38,776 nt of DNA from a virus: positions 1-38,776 of the IMG/VR virus record IMGVR_UViG_3300018984_000002, one strand, 5' to 3'. Shown here piece by piece: positions 1-9,236 of the stretch (position 1 is the stretch's first letter; each line of letters begins with the position of its first letter). Made by a program: the position numbers and the translations under genes. The notes below the pieces were generated by a model. That model had not been told where the DNA came from and did not search any database. It saw only the letters and a list, made by a program, of their open reading frames with translations.

Positions 1-219
1 TAGACTTTTTTCTCCAAAGTTAAGATCGTTAATATAACAATCTGTAAAGTCATGCTTATTTAATCTCCTTCCTAATTTTTTTTCACAACATTCAATACAT
101 ACCATTCCATCTTTAGAATTATGTATCAAATTCCATACACAAGACTTAAGGTAAAAATGTTCGTATTTAGTGTCTACTTTGCAATAGACGCATAGCCATT
201 TTTTGTCTCGCTTAGGCAT
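1..219 (-). CDS. hypothetical Zn-binding phage protein (partial, runs off the window edge)
   Basis: Not in the ORF track; read manually as MPKRDKKWLCVYCKVD...MVCIECCEKKLGRRLNKHDF, with two CxxC pairs. Confidence 0.7.
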   Translation of the reverse strand, partial: MPKRDKKWLCVYCKVDTKYEHFYLKSCVWNLIHNSKDGMVCIECCEKKLGRRLNKHDFTDCYINDLNFGEKSL

Positions 220-220
220 T

Positions 221-418
221 TTATCTTTCTAAGATAGCTTTAAGTACTACTAAAGCTTCTACTAATTCATTTGTATCAACAGTATAAGAACTTTGCGTAT
301 TACCTAACTTATCCACTACTTGAATAGTGGTGCTATTCCCATATGGAGAGATAATAAGTTCGTTAGAATCGTAGCAACCTTCCTTATGGAATGCTTTTAA
401 AATTAATTTAGTTTTCAT
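221..418 (-). CDS. hypothetical protein
   Basis: 65-aa ORF tightly packed in the leftward gene array. Confidence 0.65.
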   Translation of the reverse strand: MKTKLILKAFHKEGCYDSNELIISPYGNSTTIQVVDKLGNTQSSYTVDTNELVEALVVLKAILER

Positions 419-502
419 TAAAGAGTCTTTGTCGTATTCAAAGTTAGTACAGCCTAAATTTAGGCATAATTAAGAGTCCGAAATAATAGGGCTTACTAAA
501 TC

Positions 503-706
503 TCAGTTAGGATCTTCACCTATATCTGTTCCATCAGAGTTCCATTCACAATCTCCGTATCCAGGTATATACCCTGTTAAATAATACATACCTACATTAC
601 TTTCATCCCAGCATTTTGACTGGTCTTCTGGTATAGAAACTATTTCTGTGACAATGGCTGTTTTGTTGTTTCTAGTTAAATAATTACCAGGTTTAAATTC
701 TTTCAT
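503..706 (-). CDS. hypothetical phage protein (Y-x-T-R...W...G type), possibly truncated by a TGA
   Basis: 67-aa ORF; the frame continues DLVSPIISDS after the TGA. Confidence 0.6.
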   Translation of the reverse strand: MKEFKPGNYLTRNNKTAIVTEIVSIPEDQSKCWDESNVGMYYLTGYIPGYGDCEWNSDGTDIGEDPN

Positions 707-707
707 C

Positions 708-860
708 TTATTCTTCTTCTGTTTGTGCGTCTTGTATTTCTTCTTGTTTCACAGCATCCATAGTATCTGCCCAATCTGCATAAGTGTAAGCCTTTTCAGG
801 ATTCCCACTCTCTACAGCTTCTGAGGCTTTTTTACGCCAATCATCTGAAGTATTAGTCAT
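708..860 (-). CDS. small acidic hypothetical protein
   Basis: Manual translation MTNTSDDWRKKASEAVESGNPEKAYTYADW... (50 aa) fills the gap between ORFs; AAGG upstream. Confidence 0.6.
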   Translation of the reverse strand: MTNTSDDWRKKASEAVESGNPEKAYTYADWADTMDAVKQEEIQDAQTEEE

Positions 861-876
861 GTGTGCTTTACCTTTA

Positions 877-1245
877 CTAAATTAGCTTCAACTTTTTAAC
901 GTAACTTTCTTTTACATACACAACCATCTTATCCTCAAACAGTTGTTTAACTATTGCAGAGGAAGGAACTTTACCTTTTAGTGGCAGATAGTTTTTACTT
1001 ACTAAATCATTTAACTTAAATACCCTAATGCGTCGATTTGTTTTAGGGCACTTAATCATTTTAGGTACAAGTCCAGTATTACAGTATCGCTCGATTCTTT
1101 GTTTAACTTCAAACTGTTTACACCAAGTAAGTTGAGCATCGTAATACTGAAGAGAAAATAGGGTAAGTGTTTTACGTCCTGCAAACACCTGTATTTCGGA
1201 CAATTCATTGTTTAGTTGATTTTTGACAATGGTACTAAATGACAT
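877..1245 (-). CDS. hypothetical basic protein
   Basis: 122-aa ORF with a clear AAGGAG Shine-Dalgarno upstream. Confidence 0.7.
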   Translation of the reverse strand: MSFSTIVKNQLNNELSEIQVFAGRKTLTLFSLQYYDAQLTWCKQFEVKQRIERYCNTGLVPKMIKCPKTNRRIRVFKLNDLVSKNYLPLKGKVPSSAIVKQLFEDKMVVYVKESYVKKLKLI

Positions 1246-1263
1246 AGTGAACTCCTTAATTAC

Positions 1264-1299
1264 AAAAAAAATAGCTTACTAGATAAACCAGTAAGCTAT
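1264..1299 (-). terminator. intrinsic terminator
   Basis: ATAGCTTACT/AGTAAGCTAT stem followed by a T-run on the minus strand. Confidence 0.7.
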
Positions 1300-1327
1300 G
1301 ACAATCCTTACGAGAAAGTTAAGTTGC

Positions 1328-1831
1328 TTAATCCCAATGCTGAATTAATGATGTGAACAACCTAATCAGAAATGCTTCTTCAACAAACTTGCTACTATTC
1401 TTAGTCTCTTTCAATTCTTGAAGATCAAGAATAATCCCACGCACAGTATTATTCTTTTCAAGGTATTCTTGAAAGGTAAAAGAATTGGTAACAGAATTAT
1501 AACTAAAAAGTGGATTTACAACTACTTCTATTAAATGTTTTCTAGCTGATAATAAATTACTATAAGGACTTGGTGGAGCTATCCATTTTGAACAACCATT
1601 TTCTAAGGGAATAAAATAATTCTCATTAAAAGAATTAACATCATATTCTTCATCATCAAATAAATAAGTTAAGTAATCTTCAGGTTCAACTAAAATACCC
1701 GATGCTTTTCTAAACTCCAAAGATTCGTTTCTAAATACACGAAAATAATCGTTAGTTTTATCTATTTCAAATACACATTTGACATAAATATCACTTTCAC
1801 GTTCTTCGACAATTAATTCAACAATTTGCAT
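1328..1831 (-). CDS. hypothetical protein
   Basis: 167-aa ORF, no motif recognised. Confidence 0.65.
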   Translation of the reverse strand: MQIVELIVEERESDIYVKCVFEIDKTNDYFRVFRNESLEFRKASGILVEPEDYLTYLFDDEEYDVNSFNENYFIPLENGCSKWIAPPSPYSNLLSARKHLIEVVVNPLFSYNSVTNSFTFQEYLEKNNTVRGIILDLQELKETKNSSKFVEEAFLIRLFTSLIQHWD

Positions 1832-2115
1832 AGTAGTTAAATAAACTCTATTAGTGGCTTATACAAAGCCACCATACAATTTACTTAAACAAACAATTTA
1901 AGGTAGTCCGAAACAATAGTGTGTAAGACGAGGTTTACGGTTTTTCTAGGTATACCCTCAAACAAGCACAAACAATCCAACTAAGAAGAAATACGTGCAT
2001 AAGCGGAGCGTAAGCTACCCAACCTATCTGCACAAGAAAAGAAATAACTCCCACACTAATTAGTGCTGTAATCAAATCAATCGCAAGCCAAGTATAGTTC
2101 ATAGTTTTTAATACT

Positions 2116-2322
2116 TTAATTTAAGACAAAAGCTTTAAAAGTATTCTTTTTATAAATACTTGCTATGTCCTGAATTCCGCCATTTAAATCAACCAATTCT
2201 TTGATTGTTAAACTAGGTTTAAGATAAGGTTCATCGTATTCAGGATTGAAAATAAATACTTCTAAATCACCGTGCTGTTGTTTTAGTTCCTGAATTTTCT
2301 TTTCAAGATCACTAAGCTTCAT
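2116..2322 (-). CDS. hypothetical protein
   Basis: 68-aa ORF (MKLSDLEKKIQELKQQHGDLEV), typical small phage protein; AAGG upstream. Confidence 0.65.
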   Translation of the reverse strand: MKLSDLEKKIQELKQQHGDLEVFIFNPEYDEPYLKPSLTIKELVDLNGGIQDIASIYKKNTFKAFVLN

Positions 2323-2386
2323 AGTAATTACCTTGCTATTATTTTCGGACTCTCGCGTAATTATCTTATGACTACTAAATTAATTT

Positions 2387-2728
2387 TTAATTTATTTCCT
2401 TAAACCAAGGTCTTAAAATTTTACGTATGTTGATACCTATAAAATTACGCTTAAAATCTAATGCATAATCTGGAGCGCTAACTACTTCATTATTAATATC
2501 AAATCCCAAAGTATCATAATAATCTTCTTTCCCAATATCAAAGAAACACATATACATAGTAATTTTGTTTTCTAAATACTCAATAGTTTTTTCTTTTAGT
2601 ATAGGAAATACTTCATCTTGAAAATCACTAGTTACTAGAATATCAGGAATCTCTGATACAAAACCAGTAAAATAACCAGTTTCAGGAGTGTATTGAATAG
2701 TGTATGTAAATGTATCTGCTAATAACAT
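2387..2728 (-). CDS. HicB-like antitoxin domain protein
   Basis: YTIQYTPETGYFTGFVSEIPDILVTSDFQDEVFPILKEKTIEYL resembles the HicB N-terminal beta-beta-beta-alpha pattern. Confidence 0.55.
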   Translation of the reverse strand: MLLADTFTYTIQYTPETGYFTGFVSEIPDILVTSDFQDEVFPILKEKTIEYLENKITMYMCFFDIGKEDYYDTLGFDINNEVVSAPDYALDFKRNFIGINIRKILRPWFKEIN

Positions 2729-2791
2729 TAAACAACTTCTTTAAAGAAAACATATTAGCCCCCTAAGTAAAGAGGGCTATTTATTTACTAG

Positions 2792-3034
2792 CTAGACTAT
2801 TGATAATGTACCTTGTTTCACCCAGCCATCGAAATGTAAAGGATTTACATTAGAATTTAACTTCATTGAATCTGTACATTCCATTATCTCTGTACTAGGT
2901 AGTAAACCTACAGCATCATTTGTTAAACCTAATTTGTCACTTTCGTCTGGTTGAATAATATATTTGCCTACAGTTGCAGACACATAGTAAATATTACCAT
3001 CACGTTTTATTGTGCCTGAGATTTGCATTGGCAT
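2792..3034 (-). CDS. hypothetical protein
   Basis: 80-aa ORF in a packed array. Confidence 0.6.
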   Translation of the reverse strand: MPMQISGTIKRDGNIYYVSATVGKYIIQPDESDKLGLTNDAVGLLPSTEIMECTDSMKLNSNVNPLHFDGWVKQGTLSIV

Positions 3035-3036
3035 TA

Positions 3037-3258
3037 TTAAGCCCCATCTATACCATGTTGACGTAACTCTGCATCTACACGGTGTTTTTGGTTATTAGCT
3101 TGTATGTATCTTTCGTCGTCTACGTATAGTTGATTAAACAAGGCGTCTTCTTTTTCTTCTTGATACGCCCTAGATAAAGCAATTATATTCTCGACTTGAT
3201 TATGTTTGTCTTGGTAGTCTTGGTTTTTATTACACATATAGCTATTACTCCATTTCAC
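3037..3258 (-). CDS. hypothetical protein
   Basis: 73-aa ORF; the true start may be the internal MCNK. Confidence 0.55.
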   Translation of the reverse strand: MKWSNSYMCNKNQDYQDKHNQVENIIALSRAYQEEKEDALFNQLYVDDERYIQANNQKHRVDAELRQHGIDGA

Positions 3259-3478
3259 TCTCTATCTTGAGCAATTCTTCCTCAGTATCTAACTGATCTA
3301 TATAGCAATTTTCTATTGTTACTAGTAAATCCAACAAATCGCTTTCTACTTTTGTAAGAGTGTCTTTAGTCATTAAGTCATTTATGTTGTGAATTAATTG
3401 GCTGTATTCTTTGTGATTTGAAACTGGTTTAGGTTGATACTGAATTAATAAATCCATGTACGATTTTTCTTCAATCAT
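3245..3478 (-). CDS. HigA-like antitoxin N-terminal domain (no HTH)
   Basis: YMDLLIQYQPKPVSNHKEYSQLIHNINDLM...ESDLLDLLVTIENCY resembles the N-terminus of cyanobacterial HigA-type antitoxins. Confidence 0.55.
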   Translation of the reverse strand: MIEEKSYMDLLIQYQPKPVSNHKEYSQLIHNINDLMTKDTLTKVESDLLDLLVTIENCYIDQLDTEEELLKIESEME

Positions 3479-3479
3479 T

Positions 3480-4277
3480 TTATTGGTTTATTACTTGACT
3501 ATTTTTTAACAAACTTAAGTAATCAGGATTACCCTGCTTAAAACAAACTACTCTATTTATCTTTTTCTCAAGTATTAGTTGAGTACATAAATAACAAGGA
3601 GTATAACTAATAAATAAATCATCTCCTGGTTTTGAATATTCTAATACGACTTGTTCAGCATGAGGGAAAGCACAACTAGGTTTGTTACTATCGCGTAAAC
3701 CAAAAGTATTATTGACTAAATTATATTCACATCTTTTACAATACTTACCCACATTACTAGCGTTAGACCCACTAGCAACTGGAACACCATCTCTGACTAA
3801 AACTGCCCCTACTTTCTTAGTAATACAAATACTATTGTTTTCGGACTCTAACAATAACTTTTCTATGTCACTTGTATGATAACTAGTGGTTTCAGAATTA
3901 CAAAATTTAACTTTAAAACCATTACTTTCTAATCGATAAGAAAAAGTAGATTCTAAGTTAGTAGTCCTAGGTATACCTTTAGGTCTTGCTGTAATTACTA
4001 ATAGGTTTTCGTCTATATACCCTTTCTCGTATTTGTCTATAGTTAGTTGTTCGATTTGGTATCTAATATTTAATGTAGTTAAAAATTTAACTAAATCTTG
4101 TTCTCTCCAATCATAAGTAAATAGTGGTCGGGTATTACCTTTACGTTGTTTTATACGTTCGTCTGTCCACAATCCTACAACTATCTCAGTTAAGTTATAT
4201 TCTGCAATTACTTTTTGAATATAACTTTTGTGTCCTGGATGCAATACATCAAAACAACCATGAATTAATGCTTTCAT
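3480..4277 (-). CDS. cytidylyltransferase-like (HxGH) + dCMP/cytidine deaminase fusion
   Basis: GCFDVLHPGH and KG..RP motifs N-terminally; C...KVGAVLV, HAE and PCxxC zinc-deaminase motifs C-terminally; ATG start at 4277 preferred. Confidence 0.85.
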   Translation of the reverse strand: MKALIHGCFDVLHPGHKSYIQKVIAEYNLTEIVVGLWTDERIKQRKGNTRPLFTYDWREQDLVKFLTTLNIRYQIEQLTIDKYEKGYIDENLLVITARPKGIPRTTNLESTFSYRLESNGFKVKFCNSETTSYHTSDIEKLLLESENNSICITKKVGAVLVRDGVPVASGSNASNVGKYCKRCEYNLVNNTFGLRDSNKPSCAFPHAEQVVLEYSKPGDDLFISYTPCYLCTQLILEKKINRVVCFKQGNPDYLSLLKNSQVINQ

Positions 4278-4400
4278 ACAAAAACTAAAAAACTTACAAA
4301 TACTTCTCAATTACATCGGCTATTTCTAGAAAAATAGCACCGTTATCCTAATAAATAAAAACAGAAGTATTAACATTCACAGTACAGTCAGAGTACTTAT

Positions 4401-4601
4401 TTACTTTCTGTTTTTTGTTTCAGTAAATGTTACAGTCCCATCTATACCACGTTGCACAACCGTTGTTTTAATAGAGTCTTCTTGTTTAACAACAACAGTT
4501 AAAGTATTAGTATTAGATATTTCTTCTGTAGGTTCCAAAAATACTTTTTGTGCAGATTTTATTAAAGCTTCGCTTAGATGTTGTCCTAATGAGTCTGTCA
4601 T
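4401..4601 (-). CDS. hypothetical protein
   Basis: 66-aa ORF with AGGA upstream. Confidence 0.6.
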   Translation of the reverse strand: MTDSLGQHLSEALIKSAQKVFLEPTEEISNTNTLTVVVKQEDSIKTTVVQRGIDGTVTFTETKNRK

Positions 4602-4905
4602 ATGTTTTTTCCTAGGTAATGTTCTTAAAATTATATTAGTAAATACTGTTGTAGTAGTCTAAAGCTTCTTTTAAAGTATCAAAGGTTTAATTGCTAAATA
4701 CCTTATAAGTTAATGAGTTGTAATAAGGGTAAACTGTAATTTCTTACAGCCATTACTAACTATTATTTGTGATAACTCACAATCACGTAAAAGTTCTATG
4801 TCTACTTCGTGCATTTTAAACCCTGATATATTTTTGGCTTCACCGTCTTCGCACACAAAGAAACTACTCACCCAGACTAACCGAGTGAGTAATTATAGTT
4901 AATAT

Positions 4906-5124
4906 TTAAACTGTTTTATCAACCAAACCTGATGGCTCAGTTTCTGGAGGTAACAACTTTCCATCTTGTGCATATTCTTCTTTAATCATTTCAAACACAC
5001 CAAACAAATTAGCAAAAGCCAGTTGGGGTGTATCTCCCATAGCATGACATCCTGGGATTGCTGGTATATAAGCAACGGATGTACCATTGCTGTCTGGGTG
5101 AATAACTATAACGTAGTTTTTCAT
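4906..5124 (-). CDS. hicB: HicB family antitoxin (toxin-binding domain only)
   Basis: MKNYVIVIHPDSNGTSVAYIPAIPGCHAMGDTPQLAFANL...YAQDGKLLP carries the HicB P.LPGC...GDT..EA signature. Confidence 0.8.
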   Translation of the reverse strand: MKNYVIVIHPDSNGTSVAYIPAIPGCHAMGDTPQLAFANLFGVFEMIKEEYAQDGKLLPPETEPSGLVDKTV

Positions 5125-5186
5125 TTGGGTTTTATTCCTAATTACTAAAGCTCTGTCTTCCCAGGTTGTGGGAAGAGACAACTTAG

Positions 5187-5507
5187 TTATATGTTTTTAT
5201 GTTGTTGAGCTATAAGCTGGCGATGTTCATCTGATGGAGTAAAAGCATTACACCTCTGTACATAGAAAGGTATACCCTCTGGAGACTTTACTAACGACAC
5301 ATGATGGTCGTCAAAATATCGACTAACTTTATGTTCGTCAGCAAACTGGGTAAACTTCTTAATGATGTGTATTTCTATTCGTGGTGTATCGTAAAAAGTT
5401 TGACTCATGCAATACTCTTTGGCTAGTTCCAACACACTAGCTATATCGTTAGTCGGGGCATATAAAGCTCCTATTACCTTAGCAGAATCGTCTTTAAGAA
5501 ATTGCAT
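5187..5507 (-). CDS. hypothetical protein
   Basis: 106-aa ORF with GAGG Shine-Dalgarno. Confidence 0.65.
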   Translation of the reverse strand: MQFLKDDSAKVIGALYAPTNDIASVLELAKEYCMSQTFYDTPRIEIHIIKKFTQFADEHKVSRYFDDHHVSLVKSPEGIPFYVQRCNAFTPSDEHRQLIAQQHKNI

Positions 5508-5572
5508 GGTTGCACCTCAAAACAACAAAGAAAAAATTCCTACCCAAGGTAATAAAAAGCCCTCTAGAGAAG

Positions 5573-5833
5573 TTATACCTTCTCTGATTTGATGATGGTT
5601 TGAACTTCAATCCAGTCGTACTTCCCTTCTTGAGCATCCTTAAAGCTACTCAATCCTGGATAAGTCCAAGCTCTAAGTTCTTCACTCCAGTAACTAGGAC
5701 TTCTTTGGGCTTGTAAACCTTTGACAAAATCCTCTTGGGAACAATGCAACTGTTCCCCATACATTGCATTATCCACAAAAGCCAGAAGTTGTTCGCCCCG
5801 TCTTGTGAATTCAACTTTAATCGTGTTATTCAT
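5573..5833 (-). CDS. hypothetical protein
   Basis: 86-aa ORF; its leader is similar to that of 5187..5507. Confidence 0.65.
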   Translation of the reverse strand: MNNTIKVEFTRRGEQLLAFVDNAMYGEQLHCSQEDFVKGLQAQRSPSYWSEELRAWTYPGLSSFKDAQEGKYDWIEVQTIIKSEKV

Positions 5834-5891
5834 GGTTTTGCTTCAAAATTACAAAGAAAAAAAATACTACGTGAAGCCCCACCACACAAAC

Positions 5892-5924
5892 AAAAAAAGC
5901 ACTAAGTCAACCCTGACCTAGTGC
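5892..5924 (-). terminator. intrinsic terminator
   Basis: GCACTA.GTCA/TGAC.TAGTGC stem with a T-run on the minus strand, downstream of 5988..6755. Confidence 0.6.
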
Positions 5925-5987
5925 CTTGTGGTTATTTAGTGGCTATAGCGTATGTCTTACTTAGAAATAGACCCTTATATTTTCGGA

Positions 5988-6755
5988 CTATTTGTTCTTA
6001 GGCTTCTCAGCCATAGCTACGGCAACTTGTGTAGCGTCTTTATCTACTACTGGTGAAACACTAGCTTCGATAGCTTTAGATTCGCTGTAGCCTGGTAGAG
6101 ACTGGATTCTAGTAGCAATCTTTTTGTGGCTGTCAGATACATAAGCCTTATGGTCACTAAGCTTAGTGTATGTATCCAGAGTCAAACGTAACAACTCATC
6201 TTGACTTAGTGGTGCTAAACCTTCTTTAAGTTGAATGTCCTTATCGCTACCCGACACTTGCGAATCGTTTTTCATTCTGGCAAGTATCTCAATACCAACA
6301 AGTAACCAACTTGAGAACCTTGCACCTAGACACTGTGGGTCTAACAGTTTTTGTACCGCTTTAGGCAATACCACAGTATTGATACAATGCAAGTGATTTT
6401 GTACTACTGTCTCAATACGCTCACCCGCTTCGTTGTAGTGGGCGATTTTGCCCCCCTTGCCTACAGTTTCACTTTTCAAGTGGTGTTGTTCTAGGGATGG
6501 CATAAAGTTCTTGTCAAAGGTAACTGCTACTACTGGCTTGTACTGGGTTTGAGTAATAGCCTTTGTTTTGTATCCTGGTAGATTTTTTTCAGGGGTTAAG
6601 TTGGTAGGAGTACCAAAGGATACCGTAATCCCTAATTGAGGGAAGTCGGAATGAACCTCGATCATGTAGTAATGGTCTTTGTATTTTTCGTTATCCATAC
6701 GTAATGCAACGGGGACAACGATGTTTGTGTCTAGAAAACCAATTGAGTGAGACAT
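5988..6755 (-). CDS. hypothetical protein
   Basis: 255-aa ORF with AAGGA Shine-Dalgarno; no family recognised. Confidence 0.75.
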   Translation of the reverse strand: MSHSIGFLDTNIVVPVALRMDNEKYKDHYYMIEVHSDFPQLGITVSFGTPTNLTPEKNLPGYKTKAITQTQYKPVVAVTFDKNFMPSLEQHHLKSETVGKGGKIAHYNEAGERIETVVQNHLHCINTVVLPKAVQKLLDPQCLGARFSSWLLVGIEILARMKNDSQVSGSDKDIQLKEGLAPLSQDELLRLTLDTYTKLSDHKAYVSDSHKKIATRIQSLPGYSESKAIEASVSPVVDKDATQVAVAMAEKPKNK

Positions 6756-6850
6756 GATAAAAGAGTCCTTTCAGGTAATCCGAAAATAATAGGTGTACTA
6801 CAGTTGGTAAGTAGTTTATACCGTCTTGCTTAGGACAAGGAATTAAAAGC

Positions 6851-9148
6851 TTAATCAGTGCAATCTTTTAGCATTAAACCACCGTTTAATTTAGCCTTAG
6901 TAGGAACACCGTTAATTAGTATTTGTTTGTGTTCACTAAACGGGCTACGCTCTAACATCTGAATAGCATCGTTTAGTGTAATCGCCGTTACTGCTTTACC
7001 ATAAGACATTAAATAACGGTAAACACTATTGCACCATTGTGTAAATGGTTTATCTGTATTGTCGTTATAGTGTGTAAGATTACCGTTATTTAAAACTGCT
7101 AATTCTACACCACCGTAAGTTCTTAGTAATTTAAGCAAAGTCACAGCGTAGTTGTCATTACTTACTAACAAAGTTGGAGTGAAAAGACACGCTAGTTTTT
7201 CTGTAGGTGGATAAGTGTCTAACACACGTTGCGCTATACGTGTTATTTGTTTCTTAGTTAGTGATTCACCATCAGTTAAAACTAAGCGTCCTAAATACTC
7301 AGTTTTATCACGGTCTTTAAAGATGCCTTCTCCAGTAAAACGAGTCAACATTTTAGTGATGTATTTAAGGTCACTTTTATTGCTGATAGGTTTTACATTT
7401 CTGTTAGGCTTAACGCAATCACTAATACGGGTTTTAGTAGTGATGTTGTTTAACCCTAATACAAATTTAGAGTTAAGTAAGTTACCTGGTAAAGACAATA
7501 CCCAGGTATTAGCAACCGCTACAATACGCTCTGGACATTTAGCATTAGGATGTAAAACTACCTTATGCTTAACCGTGTCTCTTTTAGCAATTAAAAGCTT
7601 GCTACCGTAAAGCTCTCCACTAATTAGCTCATTACTTACTTTTAAATCGTGAATTTTAAGTGGTTTACCATCGAGTGTTTTAAGCTCATTAAGAAACGTG
7701 GTAATTGCATTTACATTATCGAGGCTTACTAGATTTAGTTTTTCACTAATCCAGTTAAAGCGTTCTAGTCTTGCTTCACTACCCCCGCGTACCATATCTA
7801 ACGTTAAGTTACGCCATTGTTTATGTGAGAATTCAAGGACTTCTAAATAACCTACATCTTGTAGTAGTCTGCCATTTACTAAGTCATTAGCACTTACATT
7901 ATGAGGAGTTTCTCCAGCTACGTCACCGTGAGGTAATGACCAAAGCCTGACACGGTTGGTTTTGTCTAACTCAAAGCAAAATGTTTTATCGCCGTCTTTA
8001 AAGCTAGGTGAAAAGCCGTTGTGTATTTTTCCTCTTAAGTGGGTGAAACTACGTTGACTTACTTTCTGTTGTGCAATGTCTTTACGACGCTTGTAGGTCT
8101 TTACTTCAGCTACCTGTGCATCGGTTAATGGGTCATCCGTTTTCTTATGGTCAAACAGAAACTTGATTGCTTGAGGGGAAAGCTTATCTATTGCAGGATG
8201 ATTTTCAGGTAAGGCAGATATAAGACTGCAAGGATAGACCTGCATACCATTAACAGATATGGTGTCAATACCCTCTACATTGGCTTTACCGTCTCTGATA
8301 AATGGTTCGCTAAGGAATCTTGCAGCCCTAAATAACACTGATTCCTTGACACTTGGTTGACCTACATTACGTCCTGGACTTTCTGTAGTATCCATAATGG
8401 TTTTGCGGCGATTACCGTAACCATTATTTACTTGCTTTTGTTTTTCGGTACGCTTAATCTTTTGATCATTCACACCTTCAACCACAATGGTCTTTGGTTT
8501 CATCTTGATAGACACAACTGACCTAGAATAATCAAACTTCTTGACATCTGGCAGAATGCTATTCAGTGTCTCTAGAAGTTCGAGTAAGTCACGCTTATCA
8601 TACTTATCTGTGACTGGCTTATATCCCCCGCTAACAGCATGGTCAATGTAATACCATGCAAACAGCTTTGTAGGTGTGACTACTAGCTTGATAGATAGTA
8701 ATGTTTTAGCGACATAGCTTGTTTCAGCGTAGAGATACACTGCCAGTGCTATGTATTCAGCTAAGACAGACTTGAGGATATACGTTGACAAAGGATACTT
8801 GGATGTAGAAGAGACAATATTGGAGTCCGAAAAATAAGTAGTGTCTAGCGGGGGCTTAATTTCTATTTCTACTTCTGGGACAGGGGGTGTAGTAACTTGT
8901 TCCTTTGTCTCCTCTACTATGTCACTGTTAGGTATAACACCAGAGGTAATCTGATTCCACACACTAAAGTCGCCGTCTAGAGAAGGTGTAATAACTACGT
9001 ATTCATTAGCCTTATTGTTTTCGGTCTCTTCTAAAGCAACTAAACTATCAATCATTTGTTGCTTTGTAGACTGCCAAGTTAATGCAGTTAATTGTGCTTC
9101 TTTAACTAATGACCAAAGCTGTGATTTAGATAGTGAAGAGTAATCCAT
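6851..9148 (-). CDS. large hypothetical protein with a possible N-terminal Rho-N/HeH-like helical motif
   Basis: 765-aa ORF; MDYSSLSKSQLWSLVKE...STKQQMIDSL resembles helix-extension-helix nucleic-acid-binding motifs; the rest is unrecognised. Confidence 0.7.
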   Translation of the reverse strand: MDYSSLSKSQLWSLVKEAQLTALTWQSTKQQMIDSLVALEETENNKANEYVVITPSLDGDFSVWNQITSGVIPNSDIVEETKEQVTTPPVPEVEIEIKPPLDTTYFSDSNIVSSTSKYPLSTYILKSVLAEYIALAVYLYAETSYVAKTLLSIKLVVTPTKLFAWYYIDHAVSGGYKPVTDKYDKRDLLELLETLNSILPDVKKFDYSRSVVSIKMKPKTIVVEGVNDQKIKRTEKQKQVNNGYGNRRKTIMDTTESPGRNVGQPSVKESVLFRAARFLSEPFIRDGKANVEGIDTISVNGMQVYPCSLISALPENHPAIDKLSPQAIKFLFDHKKTDDPLTDAQVAEVKTYKRRKDIAQQKVSQRSFTHLRGKIHNGFSPSFKDGDKTFCFELDKTNRVRLWSLPHGDVAGETPHNVSANDLVNGRLLQDVGYLEVLEFSHKQWRNLTLDMVRGGSEARLERFNWISEKLNLVSLDNVNAITTFLNELKTLDGKPLKIHDLKVSNELISGELYGSKLLIAKRDTVKHKVVLHPNAKCPERIVAVANTWVLSLPGNLLNSKFVLGLNNITTKTRISDCVKPNRNVKPISNKSDLKYITKMLTRFTGEGIFKDRDKTEYLGRLVLTDGESLTKKQITRIAQRVLDTYPPTEKLACLFTPTLLVSNDNYAVTLLKLLRTYGGVELAVLNNGNLTHYNDNTDKPFTQWCNSVYRYLMSYGKAVTAITLNDAIQMLERSPFSEHKQILINGVPTKAKLNGGLMLKDCTD

Positions 9149-9187
9149 GATTAACTAACCTTTATAGTTACTGGAGTAGAGCTAGTA

Positions 9188-9236
9188 AATTAACTCTGTC
9201 TAGGGAAGTTTAGATAATCCCTAGAAACAATTAATT
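9188..9236 (-). other. intergenic RNA hairpin, copy 1
   Basis: AATTAA-ctctg-TCTAGGGA...TCCCTAGA-aacaa-TTAATT. Confidence 0.65.

Noticed and set aside
503-505. Genome-wide TGA recoding
   Set aside because: TGA acts as a normal stop in ATGA overlaps (22593-22596, 22991-22994, 33180-33183, 35074-35077) and long genes are intact in the standard code
3682-7610. Plus-strand ORFs in the early arm (3682, 4966, 5407, 5721, 7215)
   Set aside because: Antisense to coherent minus-strand genes, with no RBS or motifs
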